Origin: Chloroflexota bacterium
GTDB lineage: Bacteria > Chloroflexota > Dormibacteria > Aeolococcales > Aeolococcaceae
NCBI GenBank assembly: GCA_005879785.1
Contig: VBJV01000011.1
Coordinates: 1-48,311 of the forward strand
DNA: 48,311 nt
Direction of reading: 5' to 3'
The notes below the pieces were generated by a model. That model ran no database searches. It saw nothing but the letters and a program-made list of their open reading frames with translations, and was not told where the DNA came from. Made by a program: the position numbers and the translations under genes. Below are positions 8,305-18,223 of this stretch, in pieces (the stretch's first letter is position 1; each line of letters starts with the position of its first letter).

Positions 8305-9959
8305 GCCGTGGCCGCCGCACCGCCGGCAACGAACCCGGCGTCGTGGCGTTCCAGGGTGAGCACGCTGTCAGCGAGCGACGCGACGGCTTCGCGGTCGTGC
8401 TCGGCGATGAGCACCGTCAGCCCTGCCTTCGCAGCCGCGCGCAAGCATTCACGCGCCGCCGCGCGGTGATTGTCATCGAGGCCGGCGAGCGGCTCGTCGC
8501 AGAGCAGCACGCGGGGACCGGCCAGCAGCACCCGAGCCAGGTCGAGCAGGCGCCGCTGGCCCGTGGACAGGTCGGCACACAGGCTGTTCGCCCGCCCCTC
8601 GAGGCCGAGGCGGCGACGCCACGCCGTGGCCAGCGGCCCGGCAGCCGCGCGCGAGCGGTTCCGGAGCGCGGCCAGCTCGAGCGTCTCGCTGACCGTGCAC
8701 GACGCGAAACCGCCCCCCTCCTGGGGCAGCAGGATCACCCGAGCGAGGGCGCCGTCCGCGCCCACGGCCTCGACGCCGCTGCCGCGACGCCCTCCCCGCT
8801 GAGCGATGGCGCGGAGCAGCGTCGTCTTGCCCGCGCCGTTGGGGCCGACCAGCGCGTGAACGGTCCCGGCGCGCACCTCGAACGCGGGCGCGTCGACGAG
8901 CACCGTTCCATCGCGCGCCCGCAGGCTGATGGCCGGCACTCGCATGAGCGCGCCGCCCAGGTGCAGCTCGGCGAGCGGCCACTCCGACGACGCGTCAATC
9001 TCCGGCTCGGCCGGCTCGCGCGCCTCGACGCGTGAGGGCAGGAGGCTGAAGAGCGTGGCCACCGCCAGCACGCCGAGAGCGAGGGACATGGCGTCCGGAG
9101 GGCCCTGCCACCGGGCGGCGGGCAGGATCACCGTACCGACGAGCCCGGTGCCCGCCGCCACCAGCGCGGCATACAGCGGATCGCGGCCCGCCGCGAGTGC
9201 GGCCAGCAGGGCGAGGGCGGCCACGTCCGGCGCGAAGAACGCAGGGGTGGCGACGCGGGCGACGTGCGCCGCAAGCGCCCCGCAGACACCGGCCATCGCG
9301 CCCGTGATGGCCAGCGTGGCCAGCTCGCCGGCGAAGGGCCGGATGCCGAGGTCGGCGGCACGCTGACGGTCGCTGCCGATGGCACGCCAGCGGGCCCCCG
9401 GACCGATCGCGATGAGGACCGCGGCGATCGCGGTGACGGCGGCCGCCACACCAAGGAGCAGGTGGAAATCCCCGGCCGGGGTGAACACCGCGGCGCGGGT
9501 CTTGCTGAGCGGGATGGCAAACGAGGGCACCGTCAGACCGGCCTCGGCGCGGGTCAGGTCGGGCAGCGCTTGCACCGCCGCTCCGCCGGCGAGCGCGAGC
9601 AGCAAGGTGGCCACCAGGAACGCCGGACCCTCCAGCCGCCAGCCGACCACCGCGCACAGCGCCCCGCCGGCCGTGGCGGCTCCGGTGCCCGCCAGGACGC
9701 TGACCGGGACGGCGACACCGTGCGTGGCCAGGAGTCCACTGACGTATGCGGCCACGCCTGAAAGCGCGGCGCCGGCGAGCAGGGGCCGGCCTGCGGCCGC
9801 CGCCAGCGCGGTGCCGGCGGCGGGCCCGGCCAGGCTGAGCGCGATGGCGGCCTGGTCGAGGTTGGGCCTCGACGCCACCTGCGGATACACGATCGCCGCG
9901 AGGACCGCGCCCGCGCCGAGGAGGAGCACGCGCACGGCCGGCCGCGGCAGCGAGCGCAT
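8301..9959 (-). CDS. Fused Liv-type ABC permease (LivM-like) and ATP-binding (LivG-like) protein
   Basis: About 330 aa of Ala/Gly/Leu-rich TM helices, then an ABC ATPase: VGPNGAGKTTLLRAI, LSTGQRRLLDLARVL, VLLCDEPLAGLD, IAEHD. The ATG overlaps the stop of the upstream permease (ATGA 9957-9961 region). Confidence 0.8.
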   Translation of the reverse strand: MRSLPRPAVRVLLLGAGAVLAAIVYPQVASRPNLDQAAIALSLAGPAAGTALAAAAGRPLLAGAALSGVAAYVSGLLATHGVAVPVSVLAGTGAATAGGALCAVVGWRLEGPAFLVATLLLALAGGAAVQALPDLTRAEAGLTVPSFAIPLSKTRAAVFTPAGDFHLLLGVAAAVTAIAAVLIAIGPGARWRAIGSDRQRAADLGIRPFAGELATLAITGAMAGVCGALAAHVARVATPAFFAPDVAALALLAALAAGRDPLYAALVAAGTGLVGTVILPAARWQGPPDAMSLALGVLAVATLFSLLPSRVEAREPAEPEIDASSEWPLAELHLGGALMRVPAISLRARDGTVLVDAPAFEVRAGTVHALVGPNGAGKTTLLRAIAQRGGRRGSGVEAVGADGALARVILLPQEGGGFASCTVSETLELAALRNRSRAAAGPLATAWRRRLGLEGRANSLCADLSTGQRRLLDLARVLLAGPRVLLCDEPLAGLDDNHRAAARECLRAAAKAGLTVLIAEHDREAVASLADSVLTLERHDAGFVAGGAAATA

Positions 9960-10783
9960 CAGCGGCGCCAGGCTGCGGCGATGAGCAGCACCGCCACCGC
10001 GTCGCTGAGGAACTCGCCGCCTCCACCGAGATAGAAGCCGCCCACCACCTCGGCCGCGGCGATGACCGCGGCAGCGGCGACAACACGGCCCGGCGACCGC
10101 ATCCCACCCGCGGCCGCTGCAGCGATGCCGCGCAGGGCCAGCACCACCCCACCGCCGGCGGTCAGGGGAAAACGCCCGACCCCGAGCAGCACCGCTATCG
10201 CCGCCAGGGTGCCGCCGGCTGCGAAGGCGGCGACGCGGACCCGCGCCGTGTCGACACCGATGCGCTCGGCTGCCGCCGGTGCGGCGGCGGTGACGCGCAA
10301 AGCAGCGCCGATCGTCGATGAGCGCAGCAGCGCAGCAGCGAGCAGCGCCGTCACCGCCACGACCGCGATGGTCACCAGGTCGGCGGTGTGGATGACGCCG
10401 CCGAGAACGTGCATGGTTCCTGCCGCCGACGGAAATGCGTACGCGGGCCGCGTGAAGATTCCCTGCAGCACCTCGCGGAGCACGACGGCCATCGCCACCA
10501 GCAGCACGGCGCCAAGCACCGGCCGGCCCAGCGCAGGGGCGATCAGACCGCGTTCCGCGACACCGCTCAACACGGCGGCGACGGCCAGTCCGCCGAGCGC
10601 GGCAAAGACGATCGGCACGCCCGCGGTGACCAGTGCCGACGCCGTGAGCCCGCCCGCCATGGCCACCTGCCCGATGGCGAGATGCACGGTGCCGCTGCCG
10701 CTGAAGGCAAGGGACACGGCGAGCGCGACCAGCGCGTACAGGGACGCAGCTGCAAGGCTGTCAACGGCCAGCTGAACGATCAC
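9959..10783 (-). CDS. Liv-type ABC permease (LivH-like)
   Basis: From GTG 10783: VIVQLAVDSLAAASLYALVALAVSLAFSGSGTVHLAIGQVAMAGG..., a typical LivH N-terminus. Track ORF 9959..11044 was trimmed because the GTG forms a GTGA overlap with the stop of the binding-protein gene (10780-10783). Confidence 0.8.
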   Translation of the reverse strand: MIVQLAVDSLAAASLYALVALAVSLAFSGSGTVHLAIGQVAMAGGLTASALVTAGVPIVFAALGGLAVAAVLSGVAERGLIAPALGRPVLGAVLLVAMAVVLREVLQGIFTRPAYAFPSAAGTMHVLGGVIHTADLVTIAVVAVTALLAAALLRSSTIGAALRVTAAAPAAAERIGVDTARVRVAAFAAGGTLAAIAVLLGVGRFPLTAGGGVVLALRGIAAAAAGGMRSPGRVVAAAAVIAAAEVVGGFYLGGGGEFLSDAVAVLLIAAAWRR

Positions 10784-12048
10784 GCAGGCAGCGGGACGAG
10801 CTTGACCGTGCCGGTTGCGTACGCCGGCGGGTAGACGACCACCGAATGGCGGATCGCCTGCCACTGCCACACCACCGCGATCGCTCGTTCGTTCTGGCCG
10901 AACCGGTCGCCCGCACTCCCGAAGCGCACGCCGCCGCCGTTGGGCAGCGTGCCGTAGGGCATGTCCAGGCCGCGCGCGGCCGCGGCGATCGCGCCGGCGT
11001 TCACGCCGTGCGCGTGCGGCAGCACGTCGTGCAGCAGCACCCACGTCGAGGTGAAGCCGCTCAGCGCCTCCTCGCCAGGCGCCTCGCCACTGCGGTCGTG
11101 CCAGGCGGCGGCGAAGCGGTCGTAGAGGCTGCGTGCCGCGGGCCCGAGCGCTCCGGCGTTGAACCCGCCTTCCGGCCGGTCCGAGGCGAACACGCCGACG
11201 GCGTCCGCGCCCAGCGCGTCACCGAAATCCGACCTGCACTGCGCCATCGTGGTCCCGATGAAGGCGTCGACATGCAGGTGCGCGGCCAGGAATGCGCGAC
11301 GGAACGCGATGCCGTCAGGGATGTGCGACGAAAGCACCAGCAGGTCCGGATGGTTCTGTGCGATGGCGCCGAGCACCGGCGCCCAGATCGGGTTGAACGG
11401 GTCGTACCGCGACTCGCCGTCGATCCGCACGCCGCCGGCCGAGAGCGCGGTGCGCACGCCGTCGGCCACCGACCTCCCGTAGTCGTCGAGGGCCGTGACC
11501 AGGTAGGCGCTCAGGTCGGACGGCTCGCGGTGCAGTCGCGGCGCGAGCACACGCGTCACGAACTGCCCGGAGTTGCCGCCCAGGTCCGCTCCGTCGGCGC
11601 CGACACGGAACACCAGCGGCGAACCCTGCCCGGTCACCTGGTCGGCGACGGCGCCGCTCTCCCAGTAGACCATCCCGTCATGCGCGACCGCCGCCGCGGC
11701 TGGGATGGAGAGCTGCGACGAGTATGCGCCAACCACGGCCGCAACTCCGTCACGGTGCAGGCTGTCGGCTGCGGTCTGCACAGAGGCGGCTGTCTCCGCA
11801 TCGCGGACGTCGAAGGCGACACGCCGGCCCGCGACGCCGCCGCCGGCGTTGACCATGTCGGCCGCGAGGCGCGCGCCCGCGAACTCCTCGGCCGCGCCCG
11901 CCTCCGCGCTGCCGGACAGCGGGAAGATCGCGCCGATGCGCAGCGCCGGCGCGGCAGCACCGCCCGCGCACGCCGACGCCAGCAGCGAGGCAGCGCCGGC
12001 CAGGATCAGCGCGAACCGAGCACGGCGGTCAGGGAGGTTCACGATCAC
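10780..12048 (-). CDS. ABC transporter substrate-binding protein, LivJ/Peripla_BP_6-like
   Basis: Signal peptide (ALILAGAASLLASAC). LRIGAIFPLSGSAEAGAAEEFAGARLAADMVNAGGGVAGRRVAFDVRDAE...AVVGAYSS is the typical type-I binding-protein core. It is the first gene of the minus-strand liv-like operon. Confidence 0.85.
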   Translation of the reverse strand: MIVNLPDRRARFALILAGAASLLASACAGGAAAPALRIGAIFPLSGSAEAGAAEEFAGARLAADMVNAGGGVAGRRVAFDVRDAETAASVQTAADSLHRDGVAAVVGAYSSQLSIPAAAAVAHDGMVYWESGAVADQVTGQGSPLVFRVGADGADLGGNSGQFVTRVLAPRLHREPSDLSAYLVTALDDYGRSVADGVRTALSAGGVRIDGESRYDPFNPIWAPVLGAIAQNHPDLLVLSSHIPDGIAFRRAFLAAHLHVDAFIGTTMAQCRSDFGDALGADAVGVFASDRPEGGFNAGALGPAARSLYDRFAAAWHDRSGEAPGEEALSGFTSTWVLLHDVLPHAHGVNAGAIAAAARGLDMPYGTLPNGGGVRFGSAGDRFGQNERAIAVVWQWQAIRHSVVVYPPAYATGTVKLVPLPA

Positions 12049-12095
12049 GGCGGACTATAGGCGCGGGCCTCGAGGCCGGCGCGGGTGCGGGGCGC

Positions 12096-12119
12096 TGATA
12101 CTGAGGATCAACGTATACT
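12096..12119 (+). promoter_or_regulatory. Candidate Zur/Fur-family operator (7-1-7 inverted repeat) overlapping a -10-like hexamer for a leaderless znuA-like transcript
   Basis: TGATACT-G-AGGATCA at 12096-12110 has 6 of 7 positions self-complementary and has the shape of the Fur-family TGATAAT-N-ATTATCA box. TATACT lies at 12114-12119, 7 nt before the ATG at 12127. This is the only A/T-rich patch in the 78-nt divergent spacer, and a Fur-family repressor closes the same operon. Confidence 0.35.
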
Positions 12120-12126
12120 CACTCCC

Positions 12127-13035
12127 ATGAGTCGCGGCCGTTCCCTGCCGCGGGCACGCGCGGCGGCGCTGGTCGCAGCGGCGCTGCTCCTCGCCGGGTG
12201 CGCGGCGCCCGCAGCAGACGCCTCGGTATCCGGCCGGCAGATCCGCGTCGTGGCCGCCGAGAACGTGTGGGGGAGCATCGCCGCGCAGCTCGGCGGCGAG
12301 CACGTCTCGGTCACCAGCATCGTCACCGACCCGGGCGCAGACCCGCATGAGTATTCGAGCACCACAGCCGACGCGCGCGCCGTGGCGACTGCGGACTACG
12401 TGATCCTCGACGGCGCGGGATACGACAGCTGGGGACAGCGGCTCGTCGACGCGAACGCCACGGTGTCGCGCACCGTCCTCGATATCGGTGCGCTGCTCGG
12501 CAGGAAGTCCGGCGACAACCCACATTTCTGGTACAGCCCGGACTTCGTCGCCCGTGTCGTGGATCGGATCAGCGCCGACTACCGGCGCATCGACCCCGCG
12601 CACGGCCCGGCATTCTCCACGCTCCACGGCACATTCCTCGCCACCCTGCACCCGTATCGCGACGCCGTTGCGCGCATCGCGCAGCGCTTCCGCGACGGCA
12701 AGGTCGCCGCCACCGAGGACGTCTTCGTCTACCTGGCCGCTGCGCTGCGCCTCGACGTCATCACACCCCCCGAGTTCATGCAAGCCGTGGCCGAGGGCAA
12801 CGAGCCGCCGGCGCGGTCCGTTGTCGAGTTCCATGAGCAGCTGCAGCATCGCGACGTCGTGCTGCTCGTCTACAACACACAGACGGTGACGGCGGTGACC
12901 ACCAACCTCGTCGCCCTGGCGCTCCGCACGGGCATACCAGTCGTGGGCATCTCCGAGTCACTGCAGCCACCCACGGCAACGTTCCAGAGCTGGCAGGTCG
13001 CGCAGCTCACGCGGCTGGAACGTGCTCTCGGCTGA
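12127..13035 (+). CDS. Metal (probably zinc) ABC transporter substrate-binding lipoprotein, ZnuA/TroA family
   Basis: Lipobox LLLAGC. IRVVAAENVWGSIAAQLGG, DPHEY, DNPHFWYSP and VTAVTTNLVA... are cluster-A-I binding-protein motifs. Track ORF 12085 was trimmed to the ATG at 12127. Confidence 0.85.
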   Translation: MSRGRSLPRARAAALVAAALLLAGCAAPAADASVSGRQIRVVAAENVWGSIAAQLGGEHVSVTSIVTDPGADPHEYSSTTADARAVATADYVILDGAGYDSWGQRLVDANATVSRTVLDIGALLGRKSGDNPHFWYSPDFVARVVDRISADYRRIDPAHGPAFSTLHGTFLATLHPYRDAVARIAQRFRDGKVAATEDVFVYLAAALRLDVITPPEFMQAVAEGNEPPARSVVEFHEQLQHRDVVLLVYNTQTVTAVTTNLVALALRTGIPVVGISESLQPPTATFQSWQVAQLTRLERALG

Positions 13036-13861
13036 GCTGCGCGTGCCCGCCGGCGAGCGCGGGCCCACGCCGGTGGTGGCGCTCGAGCGCGTCTCGGTGG
13101 CAATGGGCGGCCGCACCGTCTGGCGTGACGCGACGTTCGCGGTGCGTCCGGGCAGCTTCACGGCCATCGTCGGACCCAACGGAGCCGGCAAGTCGACGCT
13201 GCTGAAGGTGCTCCTCGGCATCGTCCGGCCCAGCGCCGGCGCCGTGCGCATCCTCGGCCAGGTCCCGCGCCGCGGCCTGCCGCAGATCGGGTACGTGCCG
13301 CAGCGGCGTGCGCTCGACCCGGACACGCCGGTGCGCGGGTGCGATCTGGTGGCGCTGGGCATCGACGGCCATCGCTGGGGCTTCCGGCTGCCTCGCGGCC
13401 GGCACGTGCACGACCGCGAGCTGGCCCGCGCCCTCGACGCCGTGCGCGCCACGCCGTTCGCCGACCGCCCCATCGGCCGTCTCTCCGGCGGCGAGCAGCA
13501 GCGGCTTCTGCTCGCCCAGGCGCTCGCCGGCGAACCTCGCGTGCTGCTGCTCGACGAGCCGCTGGCAAGCCTCGACGTGCGCAACCAGGTCGCCATCGCC
13601 CACCTGGTCGCCAGCATCGTGCGCGAACGCGATGTGGCGACGCTGATGGTGACGCACGACGTCAACCCGATCCTCGGCGTGGTCGACCAGCTTGTCTACA
13701 TCGCCCAGGGCTCAGTGGTGGCGGGCACACCGGCAGAGGTGGTGACCACCGAGACGCTGTCAGCCGTCTACGGCGCGCAGGTCGAGGTGCTGCGCGACAG
13801 GCACGGCCACGTCTTCGTCGTGGGGCTCGAGCAGGAGGCGGCGCACGCGCATGAGCACTGA
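13022..13861 (+). CDS. Metal ABC transporter ATP-binding protein (ZnuC-like)
   Basis: GPNGAGKSTLLK, LSGGEQQRLLLAQAL, LLLDEPLASLD, MVTHD. Confidence 0.9.
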   Translation: MLSAELRVPAGERGPTPVVALERVSVAMGGRTVWRDATFAVRPGSFTAIVGPNGAGKSTLLKVLLGIVRPSAGAVRILGQVPRRGLPQIGYVPQRRALDPDTPVRGCDLVALGIDGHRWGFRLPRGRHVHDRELARALDAVRATPFADRPIGRLSGGEQQRLLLAQALAGEPRVLLLDEPLASLDVRNQVAIAHLVASIVRERDVATLMVTHDVNPILGVVDQLVYIAQGSVVAGTPAEVVTTETLSAVYGAQVEVLRDRHGHVFVVGLEQEAAHAHEH

Positions 13862-14753
13862 GTCGCTGCTCACAGCGCCGGGCTCCGATGTGTCCTGGAA
13901 CATCGTGCGCGACATCGCGCAGATGTTCGACTACGAGTTCATGCGCAACGCCTTCATCGCGGGCACCATCGTCGCGGTGGTGGCGGGACTGGTCGGTTAC
14001 TTCGTTGTGCTGCGCGCGCTGGCCTTCGCCGGGCACGCCCTGTCGCACGTCGGATTTGCCGGGGCCAGCGGTGCAGTCGCCGCCGGCGTCAGCCCGATCG
14101 CCGGGCTGCTGCTCTTCACCATGGGTGGCGGTGCGGTGATGGGCGCGCTGGGCGCGCGGCTGCGCGGCCGCGACGTGGTCATCGGCATCGTGCTCGCCTT
14201 CATGCTGGGGTTGGGCGTGCTCTTTCTCTCCCTCTACCGTGGCTACGCGACGCAGGCGTACGCGATCCTCTTCGGCGACATCGTGGGCATCAGCACCATC
14301 GACGTGTTGGTGACGCTCGCGGCCGGCGTGATCACCCTGGCCGCGCTGGCGGCCATCTACCGGCCACTCCTGTTCGCCTCGCTCGACGACGAGGTGGCGG
14401 CGGCACGCGGAGTGCCGGTGCGAGCGCTCAGCGTGGGCTTCATGCTGCTGCTCGCCCTGGCGGTGTCGGAAGCGGTGCAGGTGGTCGGCGTGCTGCTCGT
14501 CTTCGCGCTGCTGGTCACCCCGGCGGCCATCGCCGAGCGCTTCACCGTGCGGCCGCCATTGGTCATGGCCTGTGCGGCGGGACTCGGCGTGCTCTTCACC
14601 TGGCTGGGGCTGACCGTCGCGTACTACGCGCCGCCACCGGTGAGCTTCTTCATCACCACCATCGCGTTCACCACGTACCTCGCCGTGCGCGGCGTGCAGG
14701 CGCTGCGGACCCGTGGACGGCGGGGCGGCGCCGCGGACTTGGAGGCGGCATGA
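13851..14753 (+). CDS. Metal ABC transporter permease (ZnuB-like, ABC-3 family)
   Basis: FDYEFMRNAFIAGTIVAVVAGLVGYFVVLR followed by about 8 TM helices. The 3' end forms an ATGA overlap with the next gene (14750-14753). Confidence 0.9.
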   Translation: MSTESLLTAPGSDVSWNIVRDIAQMFDYEFMRNAFIAGTIVAVVAGLVGYFVVLRALAFAGHALSHVGFAGASGAVAAGVSPIAGLLLFTMGGGAVMGALGARLRGRDVVIGIVLAFMLGLGVLFLSLYRGYATQAYAILFGDIVGISTIDVLVTLAAGVITLAALAAIYRPLLFASLDDEVAAARGVPVRALSVGFMLLLALAVSEAVQVVGVLLVFALLVTPAAIAERFTVRPPLVMACAAGLGVLFTWLGLTVAYYAPPPVSFFITTIAFTTYLAVRGVQALRTRGRRGGAADLEAA

Positions 14754-15202
14754 CGGCGGCGCGAAGCACCCGTCCGGCGGTGCGCGACCTCAGCGAGCGG
14801 CTGGCGGCGCGCGGGCGCAGGCCCACTGCGCAGCGCCTGCTCGTCCTCGAGGCGCTGCGCCGCACCCGCCACACCGTCACCGCGCCGGAGCTCTTCGAGC
14901 TGCTGCGCGAAGACCATCCGCTGCTCGGCCGCGCCACCGTCTTTCGCACGCTCGACTCGCTCGTCGATGCCGGCCTGGCGCAGCGATTCGAGCGTCCCGG
15001 CCACGTGTACGCGTACGCGGCGTGCTCGAGCGACCACCATCACCACCTGGTGTGCACATCCTGCGACACGTCGTTCGAGATCGACGAGGCGGCCATCGCA
15101 TCGCTGACGCGCGGGCTCGAAGCACAGCACGGCTTCACCGTGCACCACGCTACCCTCGACTTCTACGGGCTCTGCTCGCGCTGCGCCGGTGCCCGCGTCT
15201 GA
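14750..15202 (+). CDS. zur: Fur-family metalloregulator, probably Zur
   Basis: RPTAQRLLVLEAL...VTAPELFELL...GRATVFRTLDSLVDAGL winged helix. HHHHLVCTSC...CSRC supplies two CxxC zinc pairs. It is the last gene of the metal ABC operon. The Zur-versus-other-Fur assignment rests on context only. Confidence 0.8.
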   Translation: MTAARSTRPAVRDLSERLAARGRRPTAQRLLVLEALRRTRHTVTAPELFELLREDHPLLGRATVFRTLDSLVDAGLAQRFERPGHVYAYAACSSDHHHHLVCTSCDTSFEIDEAAIASLTRGLEAQHGFTVHHATLDFYGLCSRCAGARV

Positions 15203-15212
15203 CCCTGAGGCG

Positions 15213-15533
15213 CTACGTCGCGCGGTTGAAGAAGCAGGAACGCGCGCCCGTGTGACAGGCCGGCCCGGCCGGGTTCACCCGGAGCAGCACTGCGTCGGAG
15301 TCGCAGTCGAGCAGCACGTCGGTCACCGCCATCACATTCCCGCTGGTCGCGCCCTTCTCCCAGAGCTCGTCTCGCGACCGGCTGTAGAAGGTCGCCCGGC
15401 GGTTCTGCAGCGTCGCCTGCCACGCCTCGCGATTCATGTGCGCGACCATGAGCACCTCGCCTGTTGCGGCGTCCTGGACGACGGCGGGGACCAGCCCGTT
15501 AGCGTCGAAGCTCGGCTCAGGCGTGCCGGTCAC
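15213..15533 (-). CDS. hisI: Phosphoribosyl-AMP cyclohydrolase HisI (monofunctional, no HisE domain)
   Basis: 106 aa: [54 protein letters not shown]. The GTG start overlaps the hisF stop (GTGA 15530-15533). Confidence 0.9.
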   Translation of the reverse strand: MTGTPEPSFDANGLVPAVVQDAATGEVLMVAHMNREAWQATLQNRRATFYSRSRDELWEKGATSGNVMAVTDVLLDCDSDAVLLRVNPAGPACHTGARSCFFNRAT

Positions 15534-16288
15534 GGCCGCACGTCGACGCCGTGCTCGCGGAGGTATGCCTTCACCACCGGGACCGGATACGCGTCGTAAT
15601 GGAAGATGGACGCGGCCAGGGCTGCGTCGGCTCCGCCCTCGGCGAGAACCTCACGCAGGTGCTCGGGACTGCCGGCGCCGCCGCTGGCGATGACCGGTGT
15701 GGGTACCGCGGCCGTGACCGCGCGCGTTAGCTCGAGCTCGTAGCCCCGGCCGGTGCCGTCGCGGTCCATGGATGTGAGCAGGATCTCACCGGCGCCGCGT
15801 TCGGTCGCCTCGCGGGCCCACTCGACGGCGTCGCGCGCCGTGGCGGTGCGCCCGCCGTGGGTGTACACGACGTAGCCCTCACCGTTGCGCCGGGCGTCGA
15901 TGGCGACGACCACGCACTGCTCCCCGAAGCGCTCGGCTGCCTCGCCGATGAGCCCCGGGCGCTCGACCGCGGCGGTGTTGAGCGACACCTTGTCGGCGCC
16001 CGCGCGCAGCAGCGCATCGACGTCGGCCAGGGTTCGCAGCCCGCCGCCCACGGTCAGCGGGATGAAGACGCTGTCGGCGGCTCGGCGTACCGCGTCGAGC
16101 AGTATCGATCTACGCTCGCTGGAGGCGGTGATGTCGAGGAACACCAGCTCGTCGGCGCTGTCGGCGTCGTACCGCTCGGCGAGCTCAGCCGGGTCGCCGG
16201 CGTAGCGCAGCTTCTCGAAGTTGACACCCTTGACCACACGCCCGGAGTCGACATCGAGGCAGGGGATCACCCGCTTGGCGAGGGACAT
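15530..16288 (-). CDS. hisF: Imidazole glycerol phosphate synthase cyclase subunit HisF
   Basis: From ATG 16288: [21 protein letters not shown]...TVGGGLR...[11 protein letters not shown]...VVVAIDA...ASGGAG. Track ORF 15530..17077 was trimmed at the ATGA overlap with the hisA stop (16288-16290). Confidence 0.95.
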   Translation of the reverse strand: MSLAKRVIPCLDVDSGRVVKGVNFEKLRYAGDPAELAERYDADSADELVFLDITASSERRSILLDAVRRAADSVFIPLTVGGGLRTLADVDALLRAGADKVSLNTAAVERPGLIGEAAERFGEQCVVVAIDARRNGEGYVVYTHGGRTATARDAVEWAREATERGAGEILLTSMDRDGTGRGYELELTRAVTAAVPTPVIASGGAGSPEHLREVLAEGGADAALAASIFHYDAYPVPVVKAYLREHGVDVRP

Positions 16289-17019
16289 CACACCGGGGCG
16301 GGGAAGGCGCGTAACGCTGCGGGCAGGTCGATGGCGCCCTCGTACAGCGCGCGGCCGACGATCACGCCCGCTGCTCCGCTGGCGCGGCATGCGGCCAGGT
16401 CTTCCAGGCTGCTGATGCCGCCGCTCACGTACACGTCTCCGCCAAAGGTGTCCATGCAGGTGCGCAGACCGGCGAGGTTGGGGCCCTGGAGCATGCCGTC
16501 GCGTGCCGTGTCCGTGTAGACGAGCGCGCGAGCCGGCCAGCCGCGCCAGGCGCGCAGGAGCTCGGTCATCGCGGCGCCGTCGCGCGTCCATCCCTCGATG
16601 CGAGCCACGTCCGCGTGGACATCGAGGCCGAGCAGCACACGGCCCTGCACGGCGTGGCATATGTCCAGCGCGATCGACCAATCGCGCGCGGCGACGCTGC
16701 CGATGATCACGCTGTCCGCGCCCAGCTCGGTCCAGTGGCGTGCCGTCTCCACGTTGCGCACGCCACCGCCGACCTGCGCTGCGCAACCGCGCGCCGCGAT
16801 GGCGCGGACAACCCTGGTCACCGCGTCGGTGCTCTCCGTCACGGGCATCCCACGCGCCGAATCCAGGTCGACGACGTGCAGGCGGGAAGCGCCCGCGTCG
16901 ATGAACCGCTCGGCCACGACCACGGGGTCGTCCGCGTGCACCGTCTCGCGCGCGAAATCGCCCTGGCGCAGGCGCACGCACCGGCCTGCGCGGACATCGA
17001 TGGCGGGGATGACGTGCAC
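16288..17019 (-). CDS. hisA: ProFAR isomerase HisA (possibly PriA-type; cannot be decided from sequence alone)
   Basis: [47 protein letters not shown] start at 17019. Confidence 0.9.
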   Translation of the reverse strand: MHVIPAIDVRAGRCVRLRQGDFARETVHADDPVVVAERFIDAGASRLHVVDLDSARGMPVTESTDAVTRVVRAIAARGCAAQVGGGVRNVETARHWTELGADSVIIGSVAARDWSIALDICHAVQGRVLLGLDVHADVARIEGWTRDGAAMTELLRAWRGWPARALVYTDTARDGMLQGPNLAGLRTCMDTFGGDVYVSGGISSLEDLAACRASGAAGVIVGRALYEGAIDLPAALRAFPAPV

Positions 17020-17021
17020 GG

Positions 17022-17639
17022 TCAGGCAGCGCAGAGGGCGACGAGGTTGGCATACACACGCAGGCCGGACGCCCCACTCTTCTCGGGATGAAACTGCGTG
17101 CCCATCACGTTGCCGCGCCGCGCCGCGGCGGCCAGCTCACCGCCGTAGTCGGTGTACGCGATCACCTCCTCGGGTACCGCATGCGCAGCGTACGAGTGCA
17201 CGAAGTACACGAACGATCCATCGGCGACGCCGGCGAGCAGCGGCGAGCCGTTGACCAGGCGCAGCCGGTTCCAGCCCATGTGGGGGATCTTCAGCCCCTT
17301 GGCGGCGAGGCGTGACACCGAGCCCTGCAGCAGGCCGAGGCCGTCAGCGCCCTCGCCCTCGTCGCTGTGCTCGAACAGCATCTGGTAGCCGAGGCACACG
17401 CCGAGCACCGGTCGCCCCGCCGAGGCGAGGAAGCGCACAGCCTCGGCGAGCCCCGCGCGTCGCAGCGTGCTGACCGCACCGGCGAACGCTCCCACCCCGG
17501 GCAGCACCACGCCGGCGCACGCCGCGATGTCCTCGGCGCTGTCGCTGATCACCGCATCAGCGCCCGCCCGCAGCAGCGCGCGCTCGACGCTGCGCAGGTT
17601 GCCCACGCCGTAGTCGCACACACCGACGCGAGGGTTCAC
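17022..17639 (-). CDS. hisH: Imidazole glycerol phosphate synthase glutaminase subunit HisH
   Basis: Class-I amidotransferase: [18 protein letters not shown] (nucleophile Cys), [13 protein letters not shown]. Confidence 0.95.
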   Translation of the reverse strand: MNPRVGVCDYGVGNLRSVERALLRAGADAVISDSAEDIAACAGVVLPGVGAFAGAVSTLRRAGLAEAVRFLASAGRPVLGVCLGYQMLFEHSDEGEGADGLGLLQGSVSRLAAKGLKIPHMGWNRLRLVNGSPLLAGVADGSFVYFVHSYAAHAVPEEVIAYTDYGGELAAAARRGNVMGTQFHPEKSGASGLRVYANLVALCAA

Positions 17640-18223
17640 AGCGTCCCCTTGGTCGACGGCGCGCCGCTGCCCGTCACGGTGAAGGCGGTGCGGGTGGCCA
17701 GCCCCAGCGCCTTGAATGCCGCCTCGGCGATGTGATGCGGGTTGTCGCCGCGCACGTAGTCGACATGGATGGTCGCGCCCGCGGTCTGCGCGTACCCCTT
17801 GACGAACTCGCCCAGCACCTCGACGTCGAAGTCGTTGATGCGGCCGCGCAGCTCGCGCATCGCGTACACGACGTGCGGACGTCGCCCGTAGTCGATCGCG
17901 CAGCGCACCAGCGCCTCGTCCAGCGGCGCGTACGCGTGCCCGAAGCGATGGATGCCGTCGCGCACCCCCAGTGCGTCGCTGACCGCGGCTCCGAGCACCA
18001 GGCCGCAGTCCTCCACGAGATGGTGGGCGTCGACGGCGACGTCGCCGTCTCCCTCCAACCGCACGTCCATGCCGCTGTACCTGGTGAACGTCTCGAGCAT
18101 GTGGCCGAAGAACGGCAGCGGCACCGAGATCGTGGCTGCGCCGGAGCCGTCCACGAGGACCTCGACGGCGATGCGTGTCTCCTTGGTCTGGCGACGGGCT
18201 GCCGCGCGACGCGCCTCGGTCAT
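17636..18223 (-). CDS. hisB: Imidazoleglycerol-phosphate dehydratase HisB (monofunctional)
   Basis: From ATG 18223: RQTKETRIAVEV, DAHHLVEDCGLVLG, NPHHIAEAAFKALG. Track ORF 17636..18598 was trimmed at the ATGA overlap with the hisD stop (18220-18223). Confidence 0.9.
   Translation of the reverse strand: MTEARRAAARRQTKETRIAVEVLVDGSGAATISVPLPFFGHMLETFTRYSGMDVRLEGDGDVAVDAHHLVEDCGLVLGAAVSDALGVRDGIHRFGHAYAPLDEALVRCAIDYGRRPHVVYAMRELRGRINDFDVEVLGEFVKGYAQTAGATIHVDYVRGDNPHHIAEAAFKALGLATRTAFTVTGSGAPSTKGTL

Noticed and set aside
8995-10152. 385-aa minus-strand ORF in an alternative frame of the livM/livH region
   Set aside because: It is on the same strand as the permease genes but out of frame. It is extremely Arg/Gly/Pro-rich, whereas the chosen frames give coherent TM helices and ABC motifs.
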